Below, one piece after another: positions 10,122 to 19,517 of a DNA stretch of 64,000 nucleotides. The first letter of the stretch is position 1. Each line of letters begins with the position of its first letter. The position numbers were made by a program, and so were the translations under genes. The DNA is from a bacterium (lineage in GTDB: Bacteria; UBA8248), in NCBI GenBank assembly GCA_963692865.2, contig OY843592.1:1312001-1376000 (forward strand), in the 5' to 3' direction. The notes under the pieces were generated by a model. The model was not told the origin of the DNA. It worked only from the letters and a program-made list of their open reading frames with translations, and made no database searches.

Positions 10122-11330
10122 GTGGGGGAGTCAGTTTTGGAAAAGCCGCTGGAGGGCGTGCGCATACTCGATCTTTCCGCCCTGCTCGCAGGCCCTTACG
10201 GCAGCATGGTGCTGGCCGATCTGGGCGCGGACGTCATCAAGATAGAGGCGCCGGGCAGGGGCGACCTCGTCCGCACCATGCCCCCGCACTACGTCGGCGA
10301 GACGAGCGCCTACTTCATCGCGCTCAACAGGAACAAGCGGGGTATTTTCCTGAACTTGAAGGACGAGGAGGGCTACCGCGTCTTCTGCGAGATGGTGAAG
10401 CGCTCCGACGTCGTTTACGACAACTACCGCCCCGGCGTCCTGGAGCGGCTCGGCGCGGACTACGAAACGCTTAAAGTAGTGAACCCGCGCATCATCAGCG
10501 CCTCCGTCACCGGCTACGGCCTCACAGGCCCCCAGAAGGACAAGCCCGCGCTCGACCTCATCATCCAGGGGCGCGGCGGCATCATGAGCTTCACCGGCGA
10601 GCCGGGCAGGCCGCCCGTGCGCCTGGGCGTTCCCATGGGGGACATGGGAGGCGGCCTGTTCGCCGCTCACGGCATTCTGGCGGCGCTCTACAAGCGCGAG
10701 CGGACGGGCGTCGGCCAGAAGGTGGACGTTTCGCTCCTCGACAGCCAGTTGTACCTCGCGAGCTACCGCGCGCAGTACTACCTGACGGCGGGCGACGTGG
10801 CGGAGCCGATGGGCACGGGCCACGCCTCCGCCGTTCCCATCGGCGCGTACCAGTGCGGCGACGGCAAGTGGCTCGTGCTCGACGCCATACTGGATCATTT
10901 CTTCGAGAGCCTCTGCGACGCGCTGGGCCATCCCGAGTGGAGGGACGACCCGAGGATGAAGGATCGCCCCACCCGCCTCGATAACCGCGAATACGTGGAC
11001 GCCAAACTCTCGGAAGTCTACAAGACGAACACCGCCGCGCACTGGATAGAGCGAATCGATGCGCACGGCGTGCCCTGCGGGCCGATTCAGACCATCGACG
11101 AGGCGCTGAACGACCCCCAGACGCGCTCGCGCGAGATGGTCGTGGAGATGACGCACCCCGAACTCGGCGATATGAACACGTTCAACACGCCCATCAAGAT
11201 GGAGGGCACGTGGGGCTCCACTCCCGCGCCGCCTCCCCTGATGGGTGAGCACACCGAAGAGGTGCTCAGGGAAGTGCTCGATCTGGGCGATGCGGAAATC
11301 GAAAGGTTAAAAGCGCGCAAGGCGATTTGA
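10122..11330 (+). CDS. Family III CoA-transferase (CaiB/BaiF)
   Basis: LADLGADVIKIE, NRNKR, NYRPG, catalytic Asp in MGDMGGG; start uncertain. Confidence 0.92.
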   Translation: MGESVLEKPLEGVRILDLSALLAGPYGSMVLADLGADVIKIEAPGRGDLVRTMPPHYVGETSAYFIALNRNKRGIFLNLKDEEGYRVFCEMVKRSDVVYDNYRPGVLERLGADYETLKVVNPRIISASVTGYGLTGPQKDKPALDLIIQGRGGIMSFTGEPGRPPVRLGVPMGDMGGGLFAAHGILAALYKRERTGVGQKVDVSLLDSQLYLASYRAQYYLTAGDVAEPMGTGHASAVPIGAYQCGDGKWLVLDAILDHFFESLCDALGHPEWRDDPRMKDRPTRLDNREYVDAKLSEVYKTNTAAHWIERIDAHGVPCGPIQTIDEALNDPQTRSREMVVEMTHPELGDMNTFNTPIKMEGTWGSTPAPPPLMGEHTEEVLREVLDLGDAEIERLKARKAI

Positions 11331-11341
11331 GGGGGCTTGTC

Positions 11342-12130
11342 ATGTTCCATGACAAGAAGGCTTTCGTGTTCGACCTGGAAGGGGTTTTCTTCGCGGGAGA
11401 CGAGGTGATGCCCGGCGGATCGGAGTTGATGCGGGCCGTCAAGGCGAGGAACCTCCCCCATCGCTTCATCACGAACATCAGCCGCAGTACGGCGGCGGAG
11501 ATTCGCGCCCACATGGCGGGTATCGGCCTGGACCCGGGGGAGAACCTCATCGTGGCCGCGCTGGACCGGGTCGGCTCGTTTTTGAGGAAGAACTTCGGAT
11601 CGGGCAGAGCGTACGTGCTGGGGACGGATTCGCTGAAACGCGCGGTCGCGTCGGGCGGTTTCCAGATTTTGGGGCATGACGAGGAAGATAGGGCCGACGT
11701 CGTGCTCGTCGGGCTGGATGAAGCACTTACCTACGAGACGCTGAGCGCGGCAGCGCGTGCGGTGAGCCGGGGCGCGCGTTTCGTCGCCATGAACCCCGAC
11801 GTGCGCCTGCCGAGGGAGGACGGTTCGTTTTCACTCGGCGGGGGCGCCATCATGGCGTCCGTGCGGGCGGCGGCGGGCCGGGAGCCGGTGTTTTTCGGAA
11901 AGCCCGAGCCTTTCCTGTTCGAAGAAGCGCTGGAGGAGCTGGGCGTGGAGGCGCGCCACGCCGTCATGGTGGGGGACAACCTGAGGACGGACATCGCGGG
12001 CGGCCAGAGGGTGGGAATGGCCACCGTGTGGGTGAACCGCTGGGGCGTGATTGCCGGGGACCCGGATGTGACGGCGGACCTGGAAGTCAAGACGCTCGAT
12101 GAACTGATGCCGCATCTTCCGGGCGGCTAG
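11342..12130 (+). CDS. HAD-IIA (NagD-like) hydrolase
   Basis: FDLEGV, TN, GKP, MVGDNLRTDI. Confidence 0.9.
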   Translation: MFHDKKAFVFDLEGVFFAGDEVMPGGSELMRAVKARNLPHRFITNISRSTAAEIRAHMAGIGLDPGENLIVAALDRVGSFLRKNFGSGRAYVLGTDSLKRAVASGGFQILGHDEEDRADVVLVGLDEALTYETLSAAARAVSRGARFVAMNPDVRLPREDGSFSLGGGAIMASVRAAAGREPVFFGKPEPFLFEEALEELGVEARHAVMVGDNLRTDIAGGQRVGMATVWVNRWGVIAGDPDVTADLEVKTLDELMPHLPGG

Positions 12131-12153
12131 GATTTTGAGATAGAGAGGACGAC

Positions 12154-12909
12154 ATGGCGCTGGTGGAATACGAGGTGAGGGACAAGCTGGCCTGCATCAC
12201 GCTGAACAGGCCGGAGAAGATGAACGCCATCAACCACGAGATGAGCGAGCGCATCTTCGCGCTGTTCGACGAGATGGAGCGCGACCCCGGCGTGTGGGGC
12301 TGCCTGATCACGGGGAACGGAAAGGCCTTTTCGAGCGGGCACGACCTCACCGAACCGCCGCCCGAAGATAGGGAAGTCAAACCCGTCTCGGACCTCTATC
12401 AGGTCATCATGGAGTTGTACAAGCCCTGCTTCGCGGCGATCAACGGGTTCTGCCTGGCGGGCGGGGCGGGCATCGCGCTTTCCTGCGACGTGCGCGTGAT
12501 GGCCGAGGAAACGCAACTCGGCTGGCCCCAGGTCGTGCGCGGCATCTCCTCCGTCAGCGGGCCGATTCTCCTGGCGAAGCTGCTGCCCTTCAATCTCGCG
12601 CACTATCACCTGTTCACCGGCGAGCCCATCGACGCGGAGACCGCGCTGAGGCTCGGCCTCGTGAACAAGGTGGTTCCCAGGGAGAACGTCTTAGAGGAGA
12701 CCGAGAAGATCGCGCGACGGGTGCTGGCGAATGCGCCTTTGGCGGTGCGCGCCATCAAGGAGATCACCGTCCGCGCGCGCGACATGACGATGGAAGACGC
12801 CCTGCGCTTCGGCGACGTGATCCTGAAACGCCTCCTCGAGACCGAGGACGCCGAAGAGGGCGTACGGGCCTTCAAGGAGAAGCGGCCACCGAATTTCAAG
12901 GGAAGGTAA
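12154..12909 (+). CDS. Crotonase/enoyl-CoA hydratase family protein with non-canonical active site
   Basis: ITLNRPEKMNA, FSSGHDL, AAINGFCLAGG, AFKEKRPPNFKGR. Confidence 0.92.
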   Translation: MALVEYEVRDKLACITLNRPEKMNAINHEMSERIFALFDEMERDPGVWGCLITGNGKAFSSGHDLTEPPPEDREVKPVSDLYQVIMELYKPCFAAINGFCLAGGAGIALSCDVRVMAEETQLGWPQVVRGISSVSGPILLAKLLPFNLAHYHLFTGEPIDAETALRLGLVNKVVPRENVLEETEKIARRVLANAPLAVRAIKEITVRARDMTMEDALRFGDVILKRLLETEDAEEGVRAFKEKRPPNFKGR

Positions 12910-12942
12910 GGTATGGGGGGCCATGTCGTCCATACATATTCC

Positions 12943-13018
12943 GTAGGGACAGGCCCCCGCGCCTGTCCTCATGAGAAACAACCACAGGGGCAGGACAACC
13001 CAAAAGGGTTGTCCCTAC
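12943..13018. repeat. GTAG-type REP doublet
   Basis: GTAGGGACAGGCCCCCGCGCCTGTCC / GGACAACCCAAAAGGGTTGTCCCTAC; inverted relative at 25737-25813. Confidence 0.8.
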
Positions 13019-13129
13019 ATTCCTTCGGGGTCACCCTGTTTGTCCCGCACCCGCCTTGCGCGCTTGAGCGAGTCGTTGCATAACGAATTCTCCTGATTCT
13101 TCGCTCCTTGCACATGAAAGGAGGCCGCG

Positions 13130-14290
13130 GTGGATTTCGACCTCACCGACTCTCAGCGCGATATCCGGCAAAAGGCCCGTGAAATCGCCACGAACCAGAT
13201 AGCGCATAAGGCGGCGCATTGGGACGAGACCGAGGAATACCCCTGGGAGAACGCGCGAATCCTGGCCGAGGCCGGCTTCATGGGCATGAACATCCCGGAG
13301 GAATTCGGCGGACCCGAGCGCCCGCTCATCGAGGCCGTCCTGGTGGTCGAGGAGATGGCGAAGGTATGCGGCATCACGGGGCGCATCGTGGTGGACAGCA
13401 ACATGGGCGTGGTGGGGGCGATCATCAAATACGGAACCGAGGCGCAGAAGAAAAAATATCTGCCCATGGTGTTGAACGGCGATAAGCCCGCCATCGTCAT
13501 CACAGAGCCCGAGGCGGGGAGCGCCGCCACCGACATGACGACGCGGGCCGTGCTCGACGGCGATGAATATATCCTGAACGGCAAGAAGAAATGGATTACC
13601 GGCGCGGGCGTCTCCCACATCAACCTCGTGTTCGCCCGCGTGGTGCACGGCGGGGACGAGCAGGGAATCGGCGCGCTGATCGTGGAGTTGGGGGCGGAGG
13701 GTTTCCGCATCGGAGAGCGCAACTACATGATGGGCTTGCGGGGAATCCCCGAGAGCGAGGAGATTTTCGAGAACTGCCGCGTGCCGCAGGAAAACCTGGT
13801 GGCGGTGGGCTTCGGCCGCCTGATGGCCGCCTACAACGCGCAGCGCGTGGGAGCCGGCACGGTGGCCTTGGGACTCGCCGAGGGCGCCTTTGCGCAGGCG
13901 GTGGAATACGCAAAAAAACGCCACCAGTTCGGCCGCCCGATATCCGAATTCCAGGGGCTTCAGTGGATTCTGGCGGATGCGCGCATACAGCTCGACGCCG
14001 CGCGGCTCCTGCTCCACCGGGCGGCGGTGCAGGAAGACCCGAAGACGGGCTTTCCCGACATGCACCTCGCGGCGGTCGCCAAGACGTTTTCGGCGGAAGC
14101 CTCGATCAGGGTGACGAACGACGCGCTCCAGATTTTCGGAGCCGCGGGCTATTCGCGCGATCTGCCTATCGAGCGCATGGCGCGCGACGTGCGGATGTTC
14201 ACCATCGGCGGCGGCACCACCCAGGCGCAGCGAAACGTGATCGCCTCGGGTATTTTCGGGAGAAAATTCTCGCAGCGGCGGGGAGAGTGA
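13130..14290 (+). CDS. Acyl-CoA dehydrogenase-fold protein, 3-sulfinopropionyl-CoA desulfinase-like
   Basis: GRIVVDSN, GDKPAI.I.EP.AGSAA, MGLRGIPE, YNAQRVGAG, RMFTIGGGT; no catalytic Glu; these motifs match my recollection of Advenella AcdDPN7. Confidence 0.8.
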   Translation: MDFDLTDSQRDIRQKAREIATNQIAHKAAHWDETEEYPWENARILAEAGFMGMNIPEEFGGPERPLIEAVLVVEEMAKVCGITGRIVVDSNMGVVGAIIKYGTEAQKKKYLPMVLNGDKPAIVITEPEAGSAATDMTTRAVLDGDEYILNGKKKWITGAGVSHINLVFARVVHGGDEQGIGALIVELGAEGFRIGERNYMMGLRGIPESEEIFENCRVPQENLVAVGFGRLMAAYNAQRVGAGTVALGLAEGAFAQAVEYAKKRHQFGRPISEFQGLQWILADARIQLDAARLLLHRAAVQEDPKTGFPDMHLAAVAKTFSAEASIRVTNDALQIFGAAGYSRDLPIERMARDVRMFTIGGGTTQAQRNVIASGIFGRKFSQRRGE

Positions 14291-14403
14291 GGATATCCAG
14301 ATAGTGAGCGTATAGCGGATTTGCCCCGCGTCCGCTTGGCTTTTGGGGCTGGAACCTCCCTTGGGGAGTAGATAAACGCTGGCCGTATTGCAAAGGAAAG
14401 GTG

Positions 14404-14745
14404 ATGGCTATCTTTACGTTGCAGGAAGCCCGCGATCTTCTGCCGCGGGTCAAGGAAGTGACGCAGCACTACCACGACGTCGTCGAGGAGTTGCGCGAAG
14501 AGTTGGAAAGCCCTGAAGGGTCGGACGATATCAAGCGCATCGAGGGACTCATGAACGACGCGGTCGGCGAGTGGGTGAAGGCCGTCAGAAACTTGGGCGT
14601 GGAAGTCAAAGGCTTGTGGCTGGCGGATTTCGATTCAGGAGACGGCTATTACTACTGCTGGAAACTCGGCGAGGACGACATCGAACATTTCCACGGCTAC
14701 GAAGCGGGGTTCGCAGGCCGCCGTCCCATTTCGTTGCTGGAGTAA
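14404..14745 (+). CDS. DUF2203-family protein
   Basis: FTLQEARDLLP start, LADF, YCWKLGE, FH..E.GFAGRRP. Confidence 0.8.
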   Translation: MAIFTLQEARDLLPRVKEVTQHYHDVVEELREELESPEGSDDIKRIEGLMNDAVGEWVKAVRNLGVEVKGLWLADFDSGDGYYYCWKLGEDDIEHFHGYEAGFAGRRPISLLE

Positions 14746-14792
14746 GACAAGATATTTCTGACCGACGGAACCGCTCCCGCAGATGATTCCCC

Positions 14793-16016
14793 CTAGCCGT
14801 ATTGCAGGATCATGCCCGTCAGGCCCAGTTCGATGCAGCCGGCCACCTCGATGCAGCGAGAGTTCGCAGGCGGCATGACCACGCCGGTGATGCCCTCCCG
14901 GTAGAACCGCTCGAAAGGATAGCGCCGCGCGATGGAGCGGCCCCCCACGAGCCGCATCGCGTGCTGCACCACCTTGGCGCAGACCTCACACGAGACGTAT
15001 TTCGACTGCATGACGGTCTTCACCGTGTCCTGGTTCGCCATGCCGTCTCCCTGTTCCTTTACGTGACTCGCCTCGTAAAGCAGCATCCGCGCGGCCCTGA
15101 GTTCCGAGCTCAACTCGCCGATGTTGCTCTGGTACATCTCGTTGTGGCTCAAGGGTTCGGGGTTGGGCGGGTACTGCGTCGTCCGCACGTACTCCGCCAG
15201 ATGATTGTAGGCGCCTTCCGCGATGCCTAGATAGGCGGCGGAGAAGCCCAGGTGGAACATGGTGATGTCGATTTTCCCCAGCGCGCCGATGAAGTTCTCG
15301 CCCCCGAGGATGTCCTCGTTCGGCACGAAGGTGTCCTCGAAGATGATGTCGTCGCTCGCCGTTCCCCGCATCGACATGGTGTCCCACACCACCTTCACGG
15401 ATGAACCCGCGTAATCCTTGTGGAGCACGGCGGTCATGATGGCCTCGGCGGCGGTCTTTTTCCCCTCCAGGAACCCGGTCGTGAAGTAATAGTCGGCGTG
15501 CTCGCCTATCGAGGCGGAAATCTTCCTGCCGCTCAGCCGGTAGCCGCCCTCGACGGGAGAGAAGATGGTCTTGAGCGTCACGAGGTGCCGGAAGCTCATG
15601 CCGCGCTCCGCCGTGACGGAGGAGAACAGCTTGCCGTTCTCCACGATGTCTGGGAGCACGCGCTTTTTCTGCTCCTCGTTCGCGAGGGCGAAGAACAGGC
15701 TCACGCAGGTCTGGTGCATGTTCCAGGTCAGCGCGGTGGAAGCGCACGCCTTGCCCAGTTCGGCGAGCGCCATGTTGTAGGTGAGGGAATTGGCGCCCGA
15801 ACCGCCCCATTCCTCGGGGATGCACAGGGCGTTCAGGCCCGCGTCGACGAGCAGCTTGTAGTTCTCGGTGGGGAAGCGGCCCTCGCGGTCTATCTCGGCC
15901 GCAAGTTCTTCCATCTGGGGCGCGAGGGCTTTGATTTTGTCGATGATTTCCTTGTCGTATTTCAGATCCATGAGTGTTTCATAAGACTCACTCGCCGCGG
16001 TTGTGGGACCCATCAT
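14793..16016 (-). CDS. Acyl-CoA dehydrogenase-superfamily flavoprotein (possibly monooxygenase type)
   Basis: STALTWNMH, LSGRK, WDTMSMRGTAS, FERFYRE..VMPP; AGGAGG RBS. Confidence 0.87.
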   Translation of the reverse strand: MMGPTTAASESYETLMDLKYDKEIIDKIKALAPQMEELAAEIDREGRFPTENYKLLVDAGLNALCIPEEWGGSGANSLTYNMALAELGKACASTALTWNMHQTCVSLFFALANEEQKKRVLPDIVENGKLFSSVTAERGMSFRHLVTLKTIFSPVEGGYRLSGRKISASIGEHADYYFTTGFLEGKKTAAEAIMTAVLHKDYAGSSVKVVWDTMSMRGTASDDIIFEDTFVPNEDILGGENFIGALGKIDITMFHLGFSAAYLGIAEGAYNHLAEYVRTTQYPPNPEPLSHNEMYQSNIGELSSELRAARMLLYEASHVKEQGDGMANQDTVKTVMQSKYVSCEVCAKVVQHAMRLVGGRSIARRYPFERFYREGITGVVMPPANSRCIEVAGCIELGLTGMILQYG

Positions 16017-16260
16017 CTTTCCTCCTGTTCATCGAGGCGAATAGCGTCGGCCTCGACATCAGACGGCAATTCGAATCAGGGGTCGAGCGGGAGGACATGC
16101 CCGACGCATCTCGTGTTCAACTCATCGCAATCTCCATCCATTGACGTTCCTGACCGTCCTGCTCCACCGGCTCGATTTTGAGAGGCGAACGCGCCGTATG
16201 GCGAAAGGCGCACCACTCCACTAGGGGCAGACGGCCATCATACCAGATACCTCTCCGAGT

Positions 16261-16290
16261 TTGACATCGCTTCTTCGAGGCATGTAATCT
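16261..16290 (+). promoter_or_regulatory. Sigma70-like promoter
   Basis: Perfect TTGACA at 16261-16266, then TGTAAT/TAATCT at 16-18 bp spacing, upstream of the 16387 gene. Confidence 0.5.
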
Positions 16291-16386
16291 CCGCTGGGTT
16301 TTCATACTTTAACCCATTGAGATAATTCTTGCACCAGCCGTGAATTGGTTTTGGTTTCGTTGCTCGTGTTTTTCGGGAGATTTTCC

Positions 16387-17388
16387 ATGCCTCCCCGCAT
16401 ACTCGTCTCCACCACGCCGTTCGGTGAGATCGACCCCAAGCCCGTCGAGATGCTTGAAAGCGCAGGGGTGGAGTACGTGCGCAACACGCTGGGCAAACGC
16501 CCGAACGAGGATGAATTCGCCGAAATGATTCGCGATGGTTTCGACGCCGTCATCGCGGGTCTGGAGCCCTTCACGCCGAGAATACTGGATTTGGCTGCCG
16601 GGCTGCGGTTCATATCGCGCGCCACGGTGGGTCTCGAGACGGTGGATTTGAACGCCGCGCGCGAGAGAAACATTCTCGTGGCGAACACGCCCGGGGCCAA
16701 CTCGGAAGCCGTGGCGGAACTGACGCTCAGCCACCTGCTCACGCTCCTGCGCGGCGTGCATCGCTCGCACAACGCGCTCCTGCGCGGCGAGTGGCTCCAG
16801 TTCATGGGCCGCACGCTCGATGAGATTACCCTGGGCGTCATCGGCGTGGGCCGCATCGGCAAGCGGGTGATCCGCCACGTATCGGGCTTCGGCGCCAGGA
16901 TCATCGCGAACGATCTCGCGCCCGATCTGGAATTCGGCGAGCGCTACGGCGTGGAATGGACCGAAAAGGAAGAAATCTACCGGCGCGCCGACGCCGTCTC
17001 CCTCCACGTTCCCGCCACGCCGAAGACGATTCACATGGTGGGTGAAGACGAGATCGCGATGATGAAAAAAGGCGCGTTCCTCATCAACACGGCGCGCGGC
17101 GTCGTCGTGGACGATGAGGCGCTGGCGCGCGCGCTTCGCTCGGGCCGGCTGGGGGGCGCAGGCATAGACGTTTTTCCCGAAGAACCCTACCGGGGCGTCC
17201 TGACGGAAGCGCCCAACTGCATTCTCACCGCGCACCTGGGCGCGCGGGCGCGCTCCTCTCGACTGCAGATGGAACTGGACGCGACGGAAAACGTCCTGTG
17301 CTTTCTGGCGGGCGAGCCGGTTCCGGGCCTCGTGCCGGATGAGGAATATGAGATGCAGCGCATCATCACCGCCGACGCGAACGCCTGA
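16387..17388 (+). CDS. D-2-hydroxyacid / phosphoglycerate dehydrogenase-like
   Basis: NTPGAN, GVIGVGRIG, SLHVP, INTARG, DVFPEEP, HLG. Confidence 0.92.
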   Translation: MPPRILVSTTPFGEIDPKPVEMLESAGVEYVRNTLGKRPNEDEFAEMIRDGFDAVIAGLEPFTPRILDLAAGLRFISRATVGLETVDLNAARERNILVANTPGANSEAVAELTLSHLLTLLRGVHRSHNALLRGEWLQFMGRTLDEITLGVIGVGRIGKRVIRHVSGFGARIIANDLAPDLEFGERYGVEWTEKEEIYRRADAVSLHVPATPKTIHMVGEDEIAMMKKGAFLINTARGVVVDDEALARALRSGRLGGAGIDVFPEEPYRGVLTEAPNCILTAHLGARARSSRLQMELDATENVLCFLAGEPVPGLVPDEEYEMQRIITADANA

Positions 17389-17426
17389 ACCGGGAATTAT
17401 ATCCTCCCAAACTTTGGAGTCATTCG

Positions 17427-18191
17427 ATGCCCAAGACACCTGATTATTTCGCGGGAAAAACCCTCATCGTCACCGGCGCGGCCAGCGGCATCGGCAAGGA
17501 GACCTCGCTCATTTTCGGGCGCGAAGGGGCCAACGTCTTCTGCGCGGACCTGGACGAGGAAGGCGCCGCCGAGGTCGCCGAGCGCGTTACGGAAAACGGC
17601 GGCCGGGGCGTTCACATGAAGGCGGACGTCACCTCGCGCGAGGAGGCGTTCGCCATGACGAGGCGCGCAAAGGAGCGTTTCGGCCGCGTCGATTTTTCGC
17701 TCAACTCCGCGGGGGCGGCTCTCAGGCGTTCAGATTTCTTAGGCATCGAAGACGACCTTTGGGAGCGGACGTTCGATTTGAACGTCAAGGGCGTTTTCTA
17801 CTGCATGCAGGCCGCGATTCCCGAAATGCTCGAAAACGGCGGAGGCGTCATCGTCAACATCGGGAGCATGGCGCACAAGCGCGGAGGCCCCGGCCACTCG
17901 GTGCACTACGCGGCGGCGAAGGGTGCGGTGGTGACGATGAGCATGGGTGTGGGCCGCGAGTTCGCGGACAGGGGCATCCGGTGCATGTCCATATCGCCGG
18001 GGCCCATCGACACGCCGTTTCACGACGTCTCCTCGGAGGCGCTCAAGGAGTCGATGCGCGCTCAGATACCGATGGGCCGCTTCGGCACGCCGGAGGAGAT
18101 CGGCGAGCTGGTGCTGTTCATGTGCTCGGATGCGTGCGCGTTCATGACGGCGGACACCGTGTACGTGAACGGCGGCGGGGGCTGGAAGTAG
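17427..18191 (+). CDS. SDR-family oxidoreductase
   Basis: TGAASGIG, NSAG, YAAAK, PGPIDT. Confidence 0.92.
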   Translation: MPKTPDYFAGKTLIVTGAASGIGKETSLIFGREGANVFCADLDEEGAAEVAERVTENGGRGVHMKADVTSREEAFAMTRRAKERFGRVDFSLNSAGAALRRSDFLGIEDDLWERTFDLNVKGVFYCMQAAIPEMLENGGGVIVNIGSMAHKRGGPGHSVHYAAAKGAVVTMSMGVGREFADRGIRCMSISPGPIDTPFHDVSSEALKESMRAQIPMGRFGTPEEIGELVLFMCSDACAFMTADTVYVNGGGGWK

Positions 18192-18202
18192 GGCGCGCTA
18201 GG

Positions 18203-18427
18203 TCATCTTCTCGAAAACAGGTTCAAGAGCAGCGTCAGCACGATGCTGATGACGATGCAGGTCACCACCGGGAAGGAAAAACTCCAGTTCTTGCCGCGCA
18301 GGTGAATGTCGCCCGGCAGTTTTCCCAGAAACGGAATCTTGGGCGCAACCAGAAATATCACTCCCAAGACCATCAGGACCGCGCCGAGCAGAATCAGCGT
18401 TTTCCCGAAACCGCCGAAAGGCTCCAT
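18203..18427 (-). CDS. DUF2905 small membrane protein
   Basis: LGKLPGDI..F.FP..TCI.ISI.LT; typical position after ruvB. Confidence 0.85.
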   Translation of the reverse strand: MEPFGGFGKTLILLGAVLMVLGVIFLVAPKIPFLGKLPGDIHLRGKNWSFSFPVVTCIVISIVLTLLLNLFSRR

Positions 18428-18442
18428 CTGCGTTCTTTCCTT

Positions 18443-19507
18443 TTAAGGGGATGTCTCGGTTTCTTCATCCTTCGCGGCGCCCTCCCAAAGCTCCCGCTGG
18501 GCCCCTTTTGGCAGCGCGGCGCCAAGGTGTGAATACGCCGCCGAGGGCGCACGCCTGCCGCCGCGCGTCCTCTGCACGAAGCCCGCCCGCAGCAGGAACG
18601 GCTCCACCATGTCCACGAGGGTGTCCGTCTCCTCGTTCATGGTGGCGGCGATGGCCTCCACCCCCACCGGACCGCCGCCGTACTGGTCGATGATCGTCCT
18701 CAGATACTTCCTGTCCAGCCCGTCGAGACCCAGTTCGTCCACGCCCTCCATGGCGAGCGCCTCGCGCGTCTTGGAGAGGCTGATGGCGCCGTCGCCGCGC
18801 GCCTGGCAGTAATCGCGCGTCCAGAGCAGGAGCCGGTTCGCCGTGCGCGGCGTGCCCCGGCTTCTCCGGGCGAGTTCGCTCGCAGCTTCTTCTTCGATAG
18901 GGGCTTCGAGGCGAGCCGCGCTCCTCAGGAGTATCTGCACGAGCTCGTCTTCTGAATAAAAATCCACGTGGTAGACGAGATAGAAGCGCTCCCTCAAGGC
19001 GGCGGTCAGGGCGCCGGGGCGCGTCGTGGCGCCCACGGCCGTGAATATCTTGAGCGGGAAGTTGATGGTGCGGGCCATGGGGCCTCGGTCGACGACGAAG
19101 TCCACGCGGTAGTCCTCCATCGCGGGGTAGAGGAATTCCTCGACCGCGCTGGGCATCCGGTGGATCTCGTCGATGAAGAGCACGTCGCCCTGCGTGAGGC
19201 CCGTGAGGATTCCCATGAGGTCCGCGGGCCTCGATAGAGAGGGGCCGGAGGTCTTGACGAGGCGCGTTCCCATCTCTTCGGAGATGATGTGTGAAAGCGT
19301 GGTTTTCCCCAGACCCGGCGGCCCGTGGAAGAGAATGTGGCCCAGGGGTTCGTTCCTCTTGCGCGAGGCTTCGAGCGCAATCCGCAGCTTGGCCACGAGA
19401 TCGGTCTGGCCCACGTATTCTTCGAGCCTCGAGGGTCTGAGCGAGGTGAAGGTTTGCTCCTCCGCCGGACTCGCCGCCTTGGCGCTCACGCGCCGCTCGA
19501 TGACCAT
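18443..19507 (-). CDS. ruvB: Holliday junction branch migration helicase RuvB
   Basis: LRP..EYVGQ, GPPGLGKTT, FIDEIHR, LYPAMED, SRGTPR, GGPVG. Confidence 0.97.
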   Translation of the reverse strand: MVIERRVSAKAASPAEEQTFTSLRPSRLEEYVGQTDLVAKLRIALEASRKRNEPLGHILFHGPPGLGKTTLSHIISEEMGTRLVKTSGPSLSRPADLMGILTGLTQGDVLFIDEIHRMPSAVEEFLYPAMEDYRVDFVVDRGPMARTINFPLKIFTAVGATTRPGALTAALRERFYLVYHVDFYSEDELVQILLRSAARLEAPIEEEAASELARRSRGTPRTANRLLLWTRDYCQARGDGAISLSKTREALAMEGVDELGLDGLDRKYLRTIIDQYGGGPVGVEAIAATMNEETDTLVDMVEPFLLRAGFVQRTRGGRRAPSAAYSHLGAALPKGAQRELWEGAAKDEETETSP

Positions 19508-19517
19508 GGTTTTCTCC

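Noticed and set aside
16020-16240. Riboswitch in the long leader of the minus-strand ACAD gene
   Set aside because: No known aptamer consensus recognised; only one hairpin near the RBS
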